A stretch of 64,000 nucleotides of DNA from an uncultured Candidatus Actinomarina sp. (GCA_902521955.1 CABYTP010000003.1:5910-69909); one strand, 5' to 3'; positions 27,308-37,977 are shown, counted from the first letter of the stretch. Numbers and translations are program-made. The notes: generated from the sequence alone by a model not told the origin.

Positions 27308-28171
27308 TTATGACAGAATTTTTTTAATTTCTTTTTTCCACTCTTTTATGTTTTCAGATGTTAATTTACCAGCACCATATGAGTGTTCCTCTGAGGGAAA
27401 CGTCTTATTTTCTACATCAACTTTGTACTTTTTTAGACTTTTTACAACTTCGTCATACTGATCTGAATACCTTTTTACGAACTTTGCATCTATATACTCT
27501 TTTGATTTCATTCCAATAAGGTCATTAAATACTAATACCTGTCCACTTACATCTACACCAGCACCAATTCCTATGGTTGGAATTGTAATTTTCTCAGTAA
27601 TGACTTCTGCCACAACTGAAGGTACTCCTTCTAGAACAATACTGAAGCACCCAATCGAATCTAGTAGAACCGCTTCTTCTAATAGTTGAGTTGCCATATC
27701 TAAAGTTTTTCCTTGGACTTTATAGCCACCCATGACATTTTTTGACTGGGGGGTAAGCCCTAAATGTCCCATTACAGGTATTTCAGCATTTATTATTGCT
27801 TCTATAACATCTTTTCTTTTTTGGCCTCCCTCTAATTTAACTGCATCAGCACCAGCTTCCTGAATAAATCTTGCTGCATTACGTACAGCCTCTTCGACAG
27901 TATTGTGATAACTCATGTAAGGCATATCTGCGACTACTAGGGAATCTGGCTGGGCTCTTGTAACAGCTTTTACATGGTGTAGCATTTCATCCATGGTTAT
28001 TGAAAGAGTATCATCATGACCAAGTACAACTTGCGCTAAAGAGTCACCTACTAAGATTATGTCTATTCCAGCTTCTGATACAGCATTAGCTGTGGGGAAA
28101 TCATATGCCGTCATCATACTTATCTGACGACTGTTTTTTAAATCCAGTATTTTTGGTACAGTTATTTTCAT
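27308..28171 (-). CDS. panB: 3-methyl-2-oxobutanoate hydroxymethyltransferase
   Basis: MMTAYD ... ILVGDSLAQVVLGHD.TL ... ADMPY ... VKLEGG ... MGHLGLTPQ are PanB signatures. Confidence 0.9.
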   Translation of the reverse strand: MKITVPKILDLKNSRQISMMTAYDFPTANAVSEAGIDIILVGDSLAQVVLGHDDTLSITMDEMLHHVKAVTRAQPDSLVVADMPYMSYHNTVEEAVRNAARFIQEAGADAVKLEGGQKRKDVIEAIINAEIPVMGHLGLTPQSKNVMGGYKVQGKTLDMATQLLEEAVLLDSIGCFSIVLEGVPSVVAEVITEKITIPTIGIGAGVDVSGQVLVFNDLIGMKSKEYIDAKFVKRYSDQYDEVVKSLKKYKVDVENKTFPSEEHSYGAGKLTSENIKEWKKEIKKILS

Positions 28172-28286
28172 ATTTTTCTCTCCGCCTTATAGGTCGAAGG
28201 ATCTAAGGTCATTATATTATTGATATTTCTATTTCAAACTAATTTTTTAATTTAGGTTTTAAATTATTTGTTTATAACATCTAGTT

Positions 28287-28889
28287 ATGAGTTTCTTAAA
28301 GTACTGCTTGTTATTAATATTGGTAGCATGTTCAGTATCAACGACTGGAGAAGATGTGGATAATAATTTAGAAAAAGCTTATTTCGCAGGCGGTTGCTTT
28401 TGGTGTATGGAACCACCTTTTGAAGCCTTAGATGGTGTAAAAGGTGCAGTATCCGGATATATGGGTGGAACAGTTGAAAATCCAACATATGAAGAAGTTA
28501 CAACTGGAGAGACAGGCCATGCTGAAGTAGTTGAGATTTTATTTGACCCTGAAGTTGTAAGCTATGAAGAACTGCTTGCTGTGTTTTGGAGAAACATTGA
28601 TCCTACCGCATTAAATTATCAATTTGCCGATGTTGGATCACAGTACAGAACAGAGATTTTTACAGTTGGTAGTAATCAAAAAGATCTTGCTTTAGCCTCA
28701 AAAGAGGAGTTAGAAAACTCTGGAAAGTTTGATAAACCAATAGTTACTGCAATATCAGAAGCTCCAGAATTTTATGTTGCGGAAGAATATCATCAAGACT
28801 TTTACAAAAAACAGAGCATGAGATATCAAATGTATGCAAAGGCTAGTGGTAGAAAAGGGTACTTGGAAGATACCTGGGGCGATAGTTAA
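28287..28889 (+). CDS. msrA: peptide-methionine (S)-S-oxide reductase MsrA, predicted lipoprotein
   Basis: Active site GGCFWCME, HAEVV and EEYHQDFY. The N-terminus LLLILVAC has a lipobox-like L-V-A-C after a hydrophobic signal. Confidence 0.85.
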   Translation: MSFLKYCLLLILVACSVSTTGEDVDNNLEKAYFAGGCFWCMEPPFEALDGVKGAVSGYMGGTVENPTYEEVTTGETGHAEVVEILFDPEVVSYEELLAVFWRNIDPTALNYQFADVGSQYRTEIFTVGSNQKDLALASKEELENSGKFDKPIVTAISEAPEFYVAEEYHQDFYKKQSMRYQMYAKASGRKGYLEDTWGDS

Positions 28890-29866
28890 TACATAATCGT
28901 TTTTGTTAAATGGTGTGCTGATTGTTCAGCATGAAAATCAGTCCATAACTTAAAATCAAGTTGAGGAATTATTATCTTTTCCTCTTCTTGTTTTACTTTA
29001 TTTATCTCTTCAGTCAGTTGTGCTGTAACAAACAGTGTTGCTGCTCTAATTTCAATTTCCTCAATTGAATCAGATTCTATCAGGACGCCTTGTTCTATCT
29101 TGTTTTTAAGTTTGTCAGTGTAAGTAACAATACCCATCTTCTCAAGAGCAACTGGAACTATATAATCAGCAAATGCAGTCATGTTTTCCATGTCTTCAAT
29201 ATAGAACTCTCCATCCTTAGCTAGTTCCCTGTGAATACCCCAAAATGCTAACTGGGCTAATTTTAGAAAATACACTTCTTCTTCTAAATAGATAGAAGTA
29301 TCTCTAAACCTATCAAATTGAGAAACCAGTCTCTCAATTAAACCCTCTCCATTGTGATAAAGTTTTTTTGGACCACTTTTAATAAAATTTATCCAGTCAC
29401 CCTTATATTCCCCAACTAATGTTTCGCCAACTTTATTTAAAACATATGTTTTTTCTTTAGCCATTGGCATCTCTATATTTGCTGTAAAGATTGATTTAAA
29501 GGTTGTTTCAGTAATATCTTGTAAGAAATAACCATCATACAAATCTATTCCGTTTTTTACAGCTTGGTCAATTTGGTAAACCATTGCATCCGTATCGGAA
29601 AAAGTATTGTAACCATCATTTAATGCGTATTTAATTTGTGATTCAAAATCTGTGAAAGCAAAATTTAATGTGTTAATTAACATGGTTTTTCTAATGACAT
29701 CTTCTGGTTTTAGGTATGAGTTGTTGGGATATTTAATTTCATAATTGTAAGCTGAAAGGTTTTTTGCTTCAGTGACTAATTGGACACTATCAATAGATAA
29801 ATGTTGTAGGTTTTTTATTACCGGCCTAATGGAATGTAGTACTTTTGAGTCCCAATTAATCTTCAT
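28886..29866 (-). CDS. queuosine salvage family protein (DUF2419/QNG1-like)
   Basis: 326 aa. FADYIVPVAL resembles the family motif ADYR.PQ.L, and the length and pattern are similar. Recognised from memory only. Confidence 0.4.
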   Translation of the reverse strand: MKINWDSKVLHSIRPVIKNLQHLSIDSVQLVTEAKNLSAYNYEIKYPNNSYLKPEDVIRKTMLINTLNFAFTDFESQIKYALNDGYNTFSDTDAMVYQIDQAVKNGIDLYDGYFLQDITETTFKSIFTANIEMPMAKEKTYVLNKVGETLVGEYKGDWINFIKSGPKKLYHNGEGLIERLVSQFDRFRDTSIYLEEEVYFLKLAQLAFWGIHRELAKDGEFYIEDMENMTAFADYIVPVALEKMGIVTYTDKLKNKIEQGVLIESDSIEEIEIRAATLFVTAQLTEEINKVKQEEEKIIIPQLDFKLWTDFHAEQSAHHLTKTIMY

Positions 29867-29916
29867 GAAAAAATCTTAATAGCATTTGCTAAAAATATTT
29901 TTTATACTTTAATTTT

Positions 29917-30786
29917 ATGAACCCAAAAATTTGTATTGTAGGCAGTGCCAACATAGATCAGATTTCCTATGTTGATACTATTCCCTCTGATGGAGAAACA
30001 GTATTTGGTGATTCTTATCAAATGGGATTTGGTGGTAAGGGAGCAAACCAAGCAGTGATGGCGGGGTTGCTTGGCGCAGATGTCTATATGATTGCTTGTT
30101 TAGGCACTGATGTCTATAACAAGATGACAGTTGACAATTTAAATAACAACAATGTCAATACGGACTATATTCAAACTGTAAATGGTTCCAGTGGTGTGGC
30201 TCCTATATGGGTTGACAAAACAGGTCAGAATAGAATTATTGTTATACCTGGTGCTAACAATTTAATTGATGCAGATATTGCTATAGACTCATTAAGCAGT
30301 ATTGGTCCTTTAGATGTTGTAGTTGGCCAATTTGAAATACCGTTAGAAGTAAATGAGAAGGTATTTGAATATGCTAGAAATAATGGAATACAAACTGTCT
30401 TAAACCCAGCACCTGCCGGAGATGTTTCAGAAAAGCTATTAAATAATACCTCCTGGTTTATACCTAATGAGGTCGAGTTTGAAGAAATGCTAGGAGAACC
30501 GTTTAATGAGAATGCTTTATTAAAACACTCAAAAGATGCCAAACCAGAAATAATTGTAACTTTAGGTGAAAAAGGATGTGCTGAAGTGAGTGATGGAAAA
30601 GTATATATTCATCAAGCTAAAAAAGTTACTGCTATTGATACAACTGGGGCTGGAGATGCGTTTGTTGGATCTTTCTCATATGGTTTAGCAAGTAAAATGT
30701 CGAAACAAGATTCGATACAGTTAGCTCTGGAAAAAGCAACAAACTCTGTTACTAAAAAAGGAACCCAGAGTTCTTATAAAGATTAA
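29917..30786 (+). CDS. rbsK: ribokinase
   Basis: GFGGKGANQAV (PfkB signature 1) and DTTGAGDAFVGSF (signature 2). 289 aa. Confidence 0.85.
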   Translation: MNPKICIVGSANIDQISYVDTIPSDGETVFGDSYQMGFGGKGANQAVMAGLLGADVYMIACLGTDVYNKMTVDNLNNNNVNTDYIQTVNGSSGVAPIWVDKTGQNRIIVIPGANNLIDADIAIDSLSSIGPLDVVVGQFEIPLEVNEKVFEYARNNGIQTVLNPAPAGDVSEKLLNNTSWFIPNEVEFEEMLGEPFNENALLKHSKDAKPEIIVTLGEKGCAEVSDGKVYIHQAKKVTAIDTTGAGDAFVGSFSYGLASKMSKQDSIQLALEKATNSVTKKGTQSSYKD

Positions 30787-31553
30787 GTAGGAATTTTTAA
30801 ACTAGATTCCAAAATAACGTTTGTAGCCATATTTACTGAGTCAAGATAATCTTCTTTACTCAAAGCTTCTTTTCTATTTTGATCTCCATACACTACAAGT
30901 AATGCTCCTGTTCTGACTTTTCTGTAAGCGCCTACAACAAATAATGTCGACACCTCCATCTCAGAACATAGGACTCCACCCTTAACCCATGCTTCCCATT
31001 TCTGATTTAATTCATGAGAAACAGGCATAGAATCTGGGTCATGTTGACCATAAAAGGAATCTTTTGACTGTACAACACCAATATGATAACTAGCTTCTTT
31101 TTCTTTAGCCGCGCCTTCTAATGCATAGACCATATCAGCTGATGGCACTGCGGGATACTCAATTGGCATATATTGAGGTGAAGTTCCCTCCTGTCTGACA
31201 GCCCCATTCGCAATAACTAAATCACCAATTCTGGTGTGTTCTTGCATGGCGCCTGAAGTCCCCAGCCTAACTAAAGTCTTTGCTCCAATATTTGCTAATT
31301 CTTCTACAGCTATTGCTGCAGATGGGCATCCAATTCCTGTAGAAGTAACACTTACTGGTCTACCTTTGTATGTGCCAGTCACTGTTTTGTATTCTCTATT
31401 AAAAGCAATTTCTTTGGGGTCATCAAAATGTTTTGCAATAAAGTCAACTCTTCCGGGATCCCCAGGAAGAATAACAAAATCTGCTATATCGCCTTCTTGT
31501 AATTGTATGTGGTACTGCTTTTCTCCATCAAGCATTGATTTCTTTTCTGACAT
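30783..31553 (-). CDS. udp: uridine phosphorylase / PNP-UDP family 1 nucleoside phosphorylase
   Basis: ILPGDPGRV, STGIGCPSAAIAVEEL, RLGTSGA and SEMEVSTLF parallel E. coli Udp. Confidence 0.75.
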   Translation of the reverse strand: MSEKKSMLDGEKQYHIQLQEGDIADFVILPGDPGRVDFIAKHFDDPKEIAFNREYKTVTGTYKGRPVSVTSTGIGCPSAAIAVEELANIGAKTLVRLGTSGAMQEHTRIGDLVIANGAVRQEGTSPQYMPIEYPAVPSADMVYALEGAAKEKEASYHIGVVQSKDSFYGQHDPDSMPVSHELNQKWEAWVKGGVLCSEMEVSTLFVVGAYRKVRTGALLVVYGDQNRKEALSKEDYLDSVNMATNVILESSLKIPT

Positions 31554-31644
31554 AAAATAAATGATATCAACCTATTTTGAACTGGTCACTAAATATTTTT
31601 GATAAATCCATAGAAATTATTGCCAAAACTGATACTTTAATACT

Positions 31645-32844
31645 ATGGATATTCCACAAATTTCTTTTCCTAATACTGATAAAGAATTTATTAATAATCC
31701 ATACCCTTATTTAAAAGAATTAAGAGAAAAGTCACCTTTACATTTAGACGTCGAAAGTGGTCTTGTCCTCATTACGCATTTTGATGATGTAAAAAATGTT
31801 CAAAAAAGTAAAAATTTTTCCTCATCAGAACCGGAAAATTATGAGAAAAAAGAAGCAACAATAATTGATAAAAAAGATTATGAATTTTTTTGGAAGACTG
31901 AGGAATTTAATTTATTAAATCTTGAAGGCACAATTCATAGCGAACTTAGAGGTTTGGTAGCAAAAGCTTTTTCAAATAGACAGGTACAGGAATTAAGACC
32001 ATTTATGGAGAGGAAATCAAAAGAATTGTTAGAAAAAGTTAATAGAGATTCATTTGATTTGTTAGCTGATTATGCACAACCTTATTCAATATCTGTAATT
32101 GGAGAGCTGCTTGGTGTACCTGAAGAAGATTATGACAAATTTTTATACTGGTCTCATGCAATAGTCAAAATGTATGATTTGAAAGTGTCTGATGAGAGCG
32201 CATTAGAAGCAGAAAATGCTGCCAAAGAATTTTATATCTACATGAATAATTTGATAGATAGTAAAAATGCGGACCCCCAAAATGATATGATTTCAAGATT
32301 GTCTCAAGTGAGTGAAAATGATCAGAAACTAACTAGAGACCAAATTATATGTACTGTAATTTTATTATTGAATGCTGGTCACGAAGCAACAGTAAACACA
32401 ATTGGAAATTCCATCGTAGCTTTAAACCAGAATGATATTGAAACAAAAGATTTACATAAAAAGTTTGAAATAAAAGACATTATCGAAGAACTCATTAGAT
32501 GGGATAGCCCTTTACAGTTTTTTCAAAGATGGGTCGTGGAGGACACTGAACTATCTGGATATGAACTACCCAGAAATTCTAAAGTTGCCATTCTCTTGGG
32601 ATCAGCAAATAGAGATAACTTAGCATTCAGTGAAGCAGAGAAGGTTGATTTCGAACGTGAAAATTTAAGCCACACAAGTTTTGGTGGTGGAGTTCATTTT
32701 TGTCTTGGCGCCCACCTTGCAAGATTAGAATTAGAAGTTTCATTTCAAAATTTATTCAATTATGACATACAACTTTTAGCTAACCCAGAAAGAACAGGTG
32801 CTTTTGGGATCAGAGGATTTAAAAATATTCTGGTAAAAATTTAA
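31645..32844 (+). CDS. cytochrome P450
   Basis: Heme-ligand loop FGGGVHFCLGAHLAR, I-helix LLLNAGHEAT and the ExxR region EELIRWDSP. Confidence 0.85.
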   Translation: MDIPQISFPNTDKEFINNPYPYLKELREKSPLHLDVESGLVLITHFDDVKNVQKSKNFSSSEPENYEKKEATIIDKKDYEFFWKTEEFNLLNLEGTIHSELRGLVAKAFSNRQVQELRPFMERKSKELLEKVNRDSFDLLADYAQPYSISVIGELLGVPEEDYDKFLYWSHAIVKMYDLKVSDESALEAENAAKEFYIYMNNLIDSKNADPQNDMISRLSQVSENDQKLTRDQIICTVILLLNAGHEATVNTIGNSIVALNQNDIETKDLHKKFEIKDIIEELIRWDSPLQFFQRWVVEDTELSGYELPRNSKVAILLGSANRDNLAFSEAEKVDFERENLSHTSFGGGVHFCLGAHLARLELEVSFQNLFNYDIQLLANPERTGAFGIRGFKNILVKI

Positions 32845-32887
32845 AGTTTAACTTCTGTAACTCATCAACTAGACCTAAACTCCATGT

Positions 32888-34054
32888 ATGGGGAAATCTA
32901 AAAGCTATGGTATGAACACCAAAGCACTGCATGCTAATAAAAAATTTGAACCTATAAGTGGAGATATCATGCCACCTCTTCACCTTTCAACAACTTATAA
33001 AAATGATGTTCCCGGCGAATCAGAGTATTTCTACGGACGTGTTAACAACCCTACAAGAGAGCTTTTTGAAAGGACATTGGCTTCACTTGAAGGAATAGAA
33101 AACTATGAAGAAATACATGCCCTTGCAATGGCTTCAGGTATGTCCGCTGTTAGTTTGATAGCGGAACTCGTCAAGCCAGGAGAAAATGTAGTTATCACAA
33201 AGGATGTATACGGAGGAACAACCAATTATTTTTCAAAAATAGTCACTGAAAGAGGTGTCGAAGTTAATTTTTGTGATTTTTCTGATACTGAAAAGCTAAA
33301 ATCACTATTAAATGATAAAACTAAGTTGGCGTGGATAGAATCACCATCTAATCCATCTATAAATCTTTATGATCTTTCAAAAACTGCAGAAATTGTCCAT
33401 GAAAATGGTACTTTTTTAGTTGCAGACAGTACCTTTTCTACACCATTTATTACTAGGCCTCTAGAGCATGGAGTTGATATTGTCATGCACTCAACAACAA
33501 AATATATTGGAGGACATAGTGATACGCTTGGTGGGGCTGTTGTTACAAAAAATCCTGAGCTACATGAAACTCTAATGTTTTATCAGAGACAAGGTGGAGC
33601 GATTATGTCACCTTTTGATTCATATTTAGTACAAAGAGGTTTATACACACTTGGACCAAGAATAAAATTACATTCTGAAAATGCACATAAATTAGCCGAG
33701 CACCTTGAAAGTTCTGAACTTATTAAAGAAGTTAGATATCCTGGATTGAAAAATTTTAAAAATCATGAAATAGCATTAAAGCAAATGGATTATTTCGGAG
33801 GGATGCTTAGTTTTTACCTAAATGAGAATGTAGATCAAGAAAAGTTTTGGAAATCACTAGATTTATATAAATTAGCAGTGAGTCTTGGTGGTGTGGAAAC
33901 TTTGATAGAGTTACCGTACTTAATGACGCATGATAATGCACAGGAAACTGCAGCTAGTGCTCCTATTGATTTAATAAGAGTTTCTGTAGGGCTTGAAAAT
34001 ATTGAAGACTTAATTGACGATATGGATTCTGCTCTAAATGCTGCAAAAAAATAA
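32888..34054 (+). CDS. Cys/Met metabolism PLP-dependent enzyme (cystathionine gamma-synthase/beta-lyase family)
   Basis: YGRVNNPTR, SGMSA and HSTTKYIGGHSD (PLP lysine). 388 aa. Confidence 0.85.
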   Translation: MGKSKSYGMNTKALHANKKFEPISGDIMPPLHLSTTYKNDVPGESEYFYGRVNNPTRELFERTLASLEGIENYEEIHALAMASGMSAVSLIAELVKPGENVVITKDVYGGTTNYFSKIVTERGVEVNFCDFSDTEKLKSLLNDKTKLAWIESPSNPSINLYDLSKTAEIVHENGTFLVADSTFSTPFITRPLEHGVDIVMHSTTKYIGGHSDTLGGAVVTKNPELHETLMFYQRQGGAIMSPFDSYLVQRGLYTLGPRIKLHSENAHKLAEHLESSELIKEVRYPGLKNFKNHEIALKQMDYFGGMLSFYLNENVDQEKFWKSLDLYKLAVSLGGVETLIELPYLMTHDNAQETAASAPIDLIRVSVGLENIEDLIDDMDSALNAAKK

Positions 34055-35006
34055 ATCTAATTCAAACTATTTTATATATTCCTTAATCGCTGTTTTTTCT
34101 ACCGGAATTTTATTTATCATCTTTGGATCTAATGGCTGGGGTCCTGCAGCTTCGAATGAACAAGCAATTGGTGAAATTTCAAGATGGTGTGAAAGAGTAA
34201 GTGCTGGATTTTTTAGAGAACCCGCCAATACATTAGGGAACTTAGGATTTGTATTTGCTGGTCTTTATATGTTCTACAAGCTATCTAAAGATGCAACAAG
34301 TAATCTTTCACCAATGTTCGGTTCCTTTAAAATTGCGCTCGTATATGCATCAGCATCAACATTTCTAGGACCTGGATCAATGGCAATGCATGGAACTCAT
34401 ACTAGGTTTGGTGCTTGGCTGGATAATGTTTCTATGATTGCATATATTTTGCTTTTGTGGATGTATAACTTAAAACGGCTGACGAAATTTTCAGACAAAA
34501 CTTATTTTGTTAGCTATTCAGCTTTACTAATTTATTATGCATTTAGCTATTGGTATTTAGATTCAGGTCTTGGAATTGGAGTTGACTTATTTGAATTGAG
34601 TATTGGTTTGTGGATTGCAACAGAAGTACTAATTAAATTTCCTAATATTTATGGTCGTCTAATGTCAGGGGTTACAGTCCTAATTATTCAGCAATTGTTT
34701 GGTAGCTCAGTTATTGAATCTCTAGCAAACTTTGACCAAAATTGGGAAATGCTTCTATATTTCTTACCTGCATTAATACCAAATTTTCAATCAGAGGTCA
34801 AAAGAGTATATACTCCATGGTTTTTTATAGGTTTTGCCTCTTTTTTTGGAGCTGTATTAATTTGGGGAACTGGTGTACCAAATCACCCTTGGTGTAATCC
34901 AGATTCATGGCTACAGGCACATATGATCTGGCATTTATTGTGTGCCGTTGCAACTCTTAGCTTTTTTAATTTCTACAGGAGAGAGACTACGGCCTCAAGT
35001 ACATAA
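34038..35006 (+). CDS. ceramidase-like (PF05875/PAQR-like) integral membrane protein
   Basis: About 7 TM helices. NTLGNLGFVFAGLYM near TM1, MHGTH, and a C-terminal HMIWH (HxxxH) reminiscent of the alkaline ceramidase zinc site. The true start is possibly downstream of the overlap with the previous gene. Confidence 0.35.
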   Translation: MLQKNKSNSNYFIYSLIAVFSTGILFIIFGSNGWGPAASNEQAIGEISRWCERVSAGFFREPANTLGNLGFVFAGLYMFYKLSKDATSNLSPMFGSFKIALVYASASTFLGPGSMAMHGTHTRFGAWLDNVSMIAYILLLWMYNLKRLTKFSDKTYFVSYSALLIYYAFSYWYLDSGLGIGVDLFELSIGLWIATEVLIKFPNIYGRLMSGVTVLIIQQLFGSSVIESLANFDQNWEMLLYFLPALIPNFQSEVKRVYTPWFFIGFASFFGAVLIWGTGVPNHPWCNPDSWLQAHMIWHLLCAVATLSFFNFYRRETTASST

Positions 35007-37512
35007 TATCTTCTTGATTGAGCTCAATAAGTTCTCTGCCAAAATAAAGTGGGTACATTGTATTAGAAATCCAGCTATCTACTTGATCATCATAATATTT
35101 TGACATCACGTGTCCAGATTGACCAGAGGGAAGAACTGTTCTTGAATTATCAAAATTACCCAAATCAATAACCATCCTCATTGATGGGTAACTTCCAATT
35201 GTAAAGTCATCTCCAAACCCCCAATCAGTAGAGTTAATTGAAAAAGAGGAACCTCCAGACTCAACTGGACCAATGTTGACTAATGAAGTTAAGATTGAAA
35301 TCCCTGCCTCACCAAGAAAGTTTGTTGGGTATGTAATGGTGTGTATTTTTCCCCAAGTCCAGTCACTTGATTTATCTGTACCAAATATATCGATTATGTA
35401 ACCATCTGAGAGAGATAGGGATCTCTCTAAGATATCAGTAAGGTTTTCCTTATTTGGTGTATTGACATCATCCCAGAGAATATGATTTGGGTCTTTCAAC
35501 ATTAATCTAAAGACTTCAGAAGTAGCGTCTGAATTTCCTGGTTGTAGGGAAATCTCATTTCCGGCATTATCCTCTACAACCAACTCTTCAAAGGTCTGTG
35601 AAGCTAAAGTTTTATAAAACACTGCCCAAGCTGAAGCCCCAACTGAATCTATATTCATTTCGTATTTTGTATCTGAAATAGACCATTCTTTCATAAGTGT
35701 TAGTACTTTTGAGTCAATATAAACATTATTGAAAACATAGGGAAGAATATATGCTGCAGAAAAATCATAGTTATTTATCTGCATTGCTTCCATGTCATCT
35801 ACTGAGATTTTATTTTGGATATACTGTTCAATTACACGTTCAATAGCTTCTGCTCTATAGCCTCTTGCATAATAATTTGGCCACGGTTGCTCCGGATGGA
35901 CTGATTGATTTGCAGTAATAATATAGCCTTTTGTTGGGTTAAATGTATACGGTAAGTCTTCAAATGGGACAAATCCTGTCCAATCATTTTCGCTCAACCA
36001 CCCTTCAATGGGAAGATCTCCTAGTTGTCCATCAGCTCTTATAGGTAACTTTCCTGGAGATTGGTAAGCGATGTTCCCATCGACATCTGCATAGAGTAAG
36101 TTTTGGGCTGGGACATCAAACAATCTTGAGGCTTTTCGAAACTCATCCCAATTAGACGCATAGTTAAAATCTCTGATGCCAACAAATGTTGTACCAGGCA
36201 TTAATGCTGGCCAAGAAAGAGAAACTGAAAAATTGTTCGGTAAGCTTAATTTTACTTCATTAGCAAATGATGATTCCCCATCTTCTGGATTTAAGTTTAT
36301 AGGATATGAACGATCAGAAACAATTGGTCCATGTTTTGTTGATCTTACCTCTATAACAATTGGTTCCTGACCAGCAACCTCTATGATTTCTGTAACTCTA
36401 TCCATCTCCAACCACTCACCATCAACCTCATATTGGTTAGGGTTACTAGGATTAATTTTTTCAATAAAAAGATCTTGGACATCTGGACCCATATTTGTAA
36501 ATCCCCATGCTATATCACTGTTATGTCCAATAACAATATATGGCGATCCTGCGAATGAAAATCCAACAACATCTAAGTTACAATCACGGTATTTTGGAAA
36601 ACAATGTAGTCCATTCTCATACCATATTGCTGGAAGCTGAACAGATAAGTGTGGGTCATTTGCTAGTAACGGAAAGCCTGTTTCAGTGTGTTCTCCTGAT
36701 ATTGCCCATGAGTTTGAACCTAAAGATTGGTTTGTCTCTAAATCTTTAGTGACATATTTAATAAAAATTGATTGATAGAGTTGTTGGATGTTATTTGCTT
36801 TTCCAACAGAAGCAAATGAACCCTTTCCTTCCCACTCTTCAACTATATAGGGGTGCTCGTCAGGATATGGTGGTGTAAGCAAAGAGGAAATCTCAGGCGT
36901 GAGTGAATTAAATGTTTTTGAGTTTCTTATTTCTTGTTGGAAATTTCCATTTAGATCGTAGGCCATCATCTTTGCCCAAGCTAGAGGATAGTGAGGTTCG
37001 TATCTATCAACTTCATAATCGGGATTAATAAACTGTAACAAAAAGTGTTCTAAGCTTAAGCTCCTCTGAGGTCTTGATTCAATATATGCATTAATTCCAT
37101 TTGTGTAGTTAATTAAATCTTGTTTGAATTCTGGAGGAAGGGTTTCATACTCTTCAAGTGCAACTCTATTGAAACCAAATGTTCTAAAAAGTAAATCTGC
37201 TCCAACACCTGGTTCTCCAATTAATGAAGCTAAACGCCCTGTGCTTAGGTGACTCCAAAACTCTAGTTGCCAGAATCGATCCTGAGCATGAACATACCCC
37301 TGAGCAAACAAGATATCGTCTACATTTGTACCATATATATGGGGAATTCCTCTTTCATCACGAATAACCTCTACAAAATCTGTTAATGGAAGACCAGAAA
37401 CATCTATATCGTGATCTGGAAGCGGCATTCTGAAGATAACAACACCTGCAATAAGTACTGCTGCTTGAAGCAATACTAAAATTACAAAAAGCCATTTAAT
37501 AAATTTTTTCAT
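34987..37512 (-). CDS. penicillin acylase / acyl-homoserine-lactone acylase family (Ntn hydrolase S45)
   Basis: 841 aa with a signal anchor. RDERGIPHI, AQDRFWQLE and the autoprocessing site GSNSWAISG ... LLANDPHL. Confidence 0.85.
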   Translation of the reverse strand: MKKFIKWLFVILVLLQAAVLIAGVVIFRMPLPDHDIDVSGLPLTDFVEVIRDERGIPHIYGTNVDDILFAQGYVHAQDRFWQLEFWSHLSTGRLASLIGEPGVGADLLFRTFGFNRVALEEYETLPPEFKQDLINYTNGINAYIESRPQRSLSLEHFLLQFINPDYEVDRYEPHYPLAWAKMMAYDLNGNFQQEIRNSKTFNSLTPEISSLLTPPYPDEHPYIVEEWEGKGSFASVGKANNIQQLYQSIFIKYVTKDLETNQSLGSNSWAISGEHTETGFPLLANDPHLSVQLPAIWYENGLHCFPKYRDCNLDVVGFSFAGSPYIVIGHNSDIAWGFTNMGPDVQDLFIEKINPSNPNQYEVDGEWLEMDRVTEIIEVAGQEPIVIEVRSTKHGPIVSDRSYPINLNPEDGESSFANEVKLSLPNNFSVSLSWPALMPGTTFVGIRDFNYASNWDEFRKASRLFDVPAQNLLYADVDGNIAYQSPGKLPIRADGQLGDLPIEGWLSENDWTGFVPFEDLPYTFNPTKGYIITANQSVHPEQPWPNYYARGYRAEAIERVIEQYIQNKISVDDMEAMQINNYDFSAAYILPYVFNNVYIDSKVLTLMKEWSISDTKYEMNIDSVGASAWAVFYKTLASQTFEELVVEDNAGNEISLQPGNSDATSEVFRLMLKDPNHILWDDVNTPNKENLTDILERSLSLSDGYIIDIFGTDKSSDWTWGKIHTITYPTNFLGEAGISILTSLVNIGPVESGGSSFSINSTDWGFGDDFTIGSYPSMRMVIDLGNFDNSRTVLPSGQSGHVMSKYYDDQVDSWISNTMYPLYFGRELIELNQEDIMYLRP

Positions 37513-37538
37513 GAATCCCCCTAGGTAAATAATAGATA

Positions 37539-37943
37539 TTAGAGGTTAAGGTTGTCTATCCAGTCTGAGATTTCTTTTACTGTCTGCTTGTAAATTTGAA
37601 GGGCGTGTTCATCTGAATCATATGAAGCTCGACTTGGATCAACAAATGAATTATGAATTCTGTTTTTTGCATTAGGAAATATGGGACAAAGCTCATTAGC
37701 CGAATCACATACTGTTAATACGTAATCGAACGTTTCATCGATAAAATCATCTACAAGTTTGGGATACTGTGCGGAGATGTCGTAACCCTCTTCGGACATC
37801 GCCCTCACTGCATATGGATTTACATTGTTTTCAGGATGCGTTCCTGCTGATTGAATTTCATAATCTGGGTACTTATTCTTAAGCAGACCCTCAGCAATTT
37901 GTGATCTACAGGTATTACCTGTACATATAACAATTATTTTCAT
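37539..37943 (-). CDS. arsC: arsenate reductase, LMW-PTP type
   Basis: VICTGNTCRSQIAEG P-loop plus downstream Cys (TVCD ... ELCP), typical of thioredoxin-coupled ArsC. No arsR or arsB adjacent. Confidence 0.75.
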   Translation of the reverse strand: MKIIVICTGNTCRSQIAEGLLKNKYPDYEIQSAGTHPENNVNPYAVRAMSEEGYDISAQYPKLVDDFIDETFDYVLTVCDSANELCPIFPNAKNRIHNSFVDPSRASYDSDEHALQIYKQTVKEISDWIDNLNL

Positions 37944-37977
37944 GTGGCTATTTTAAATAGAAAATTAGAATAATGAT

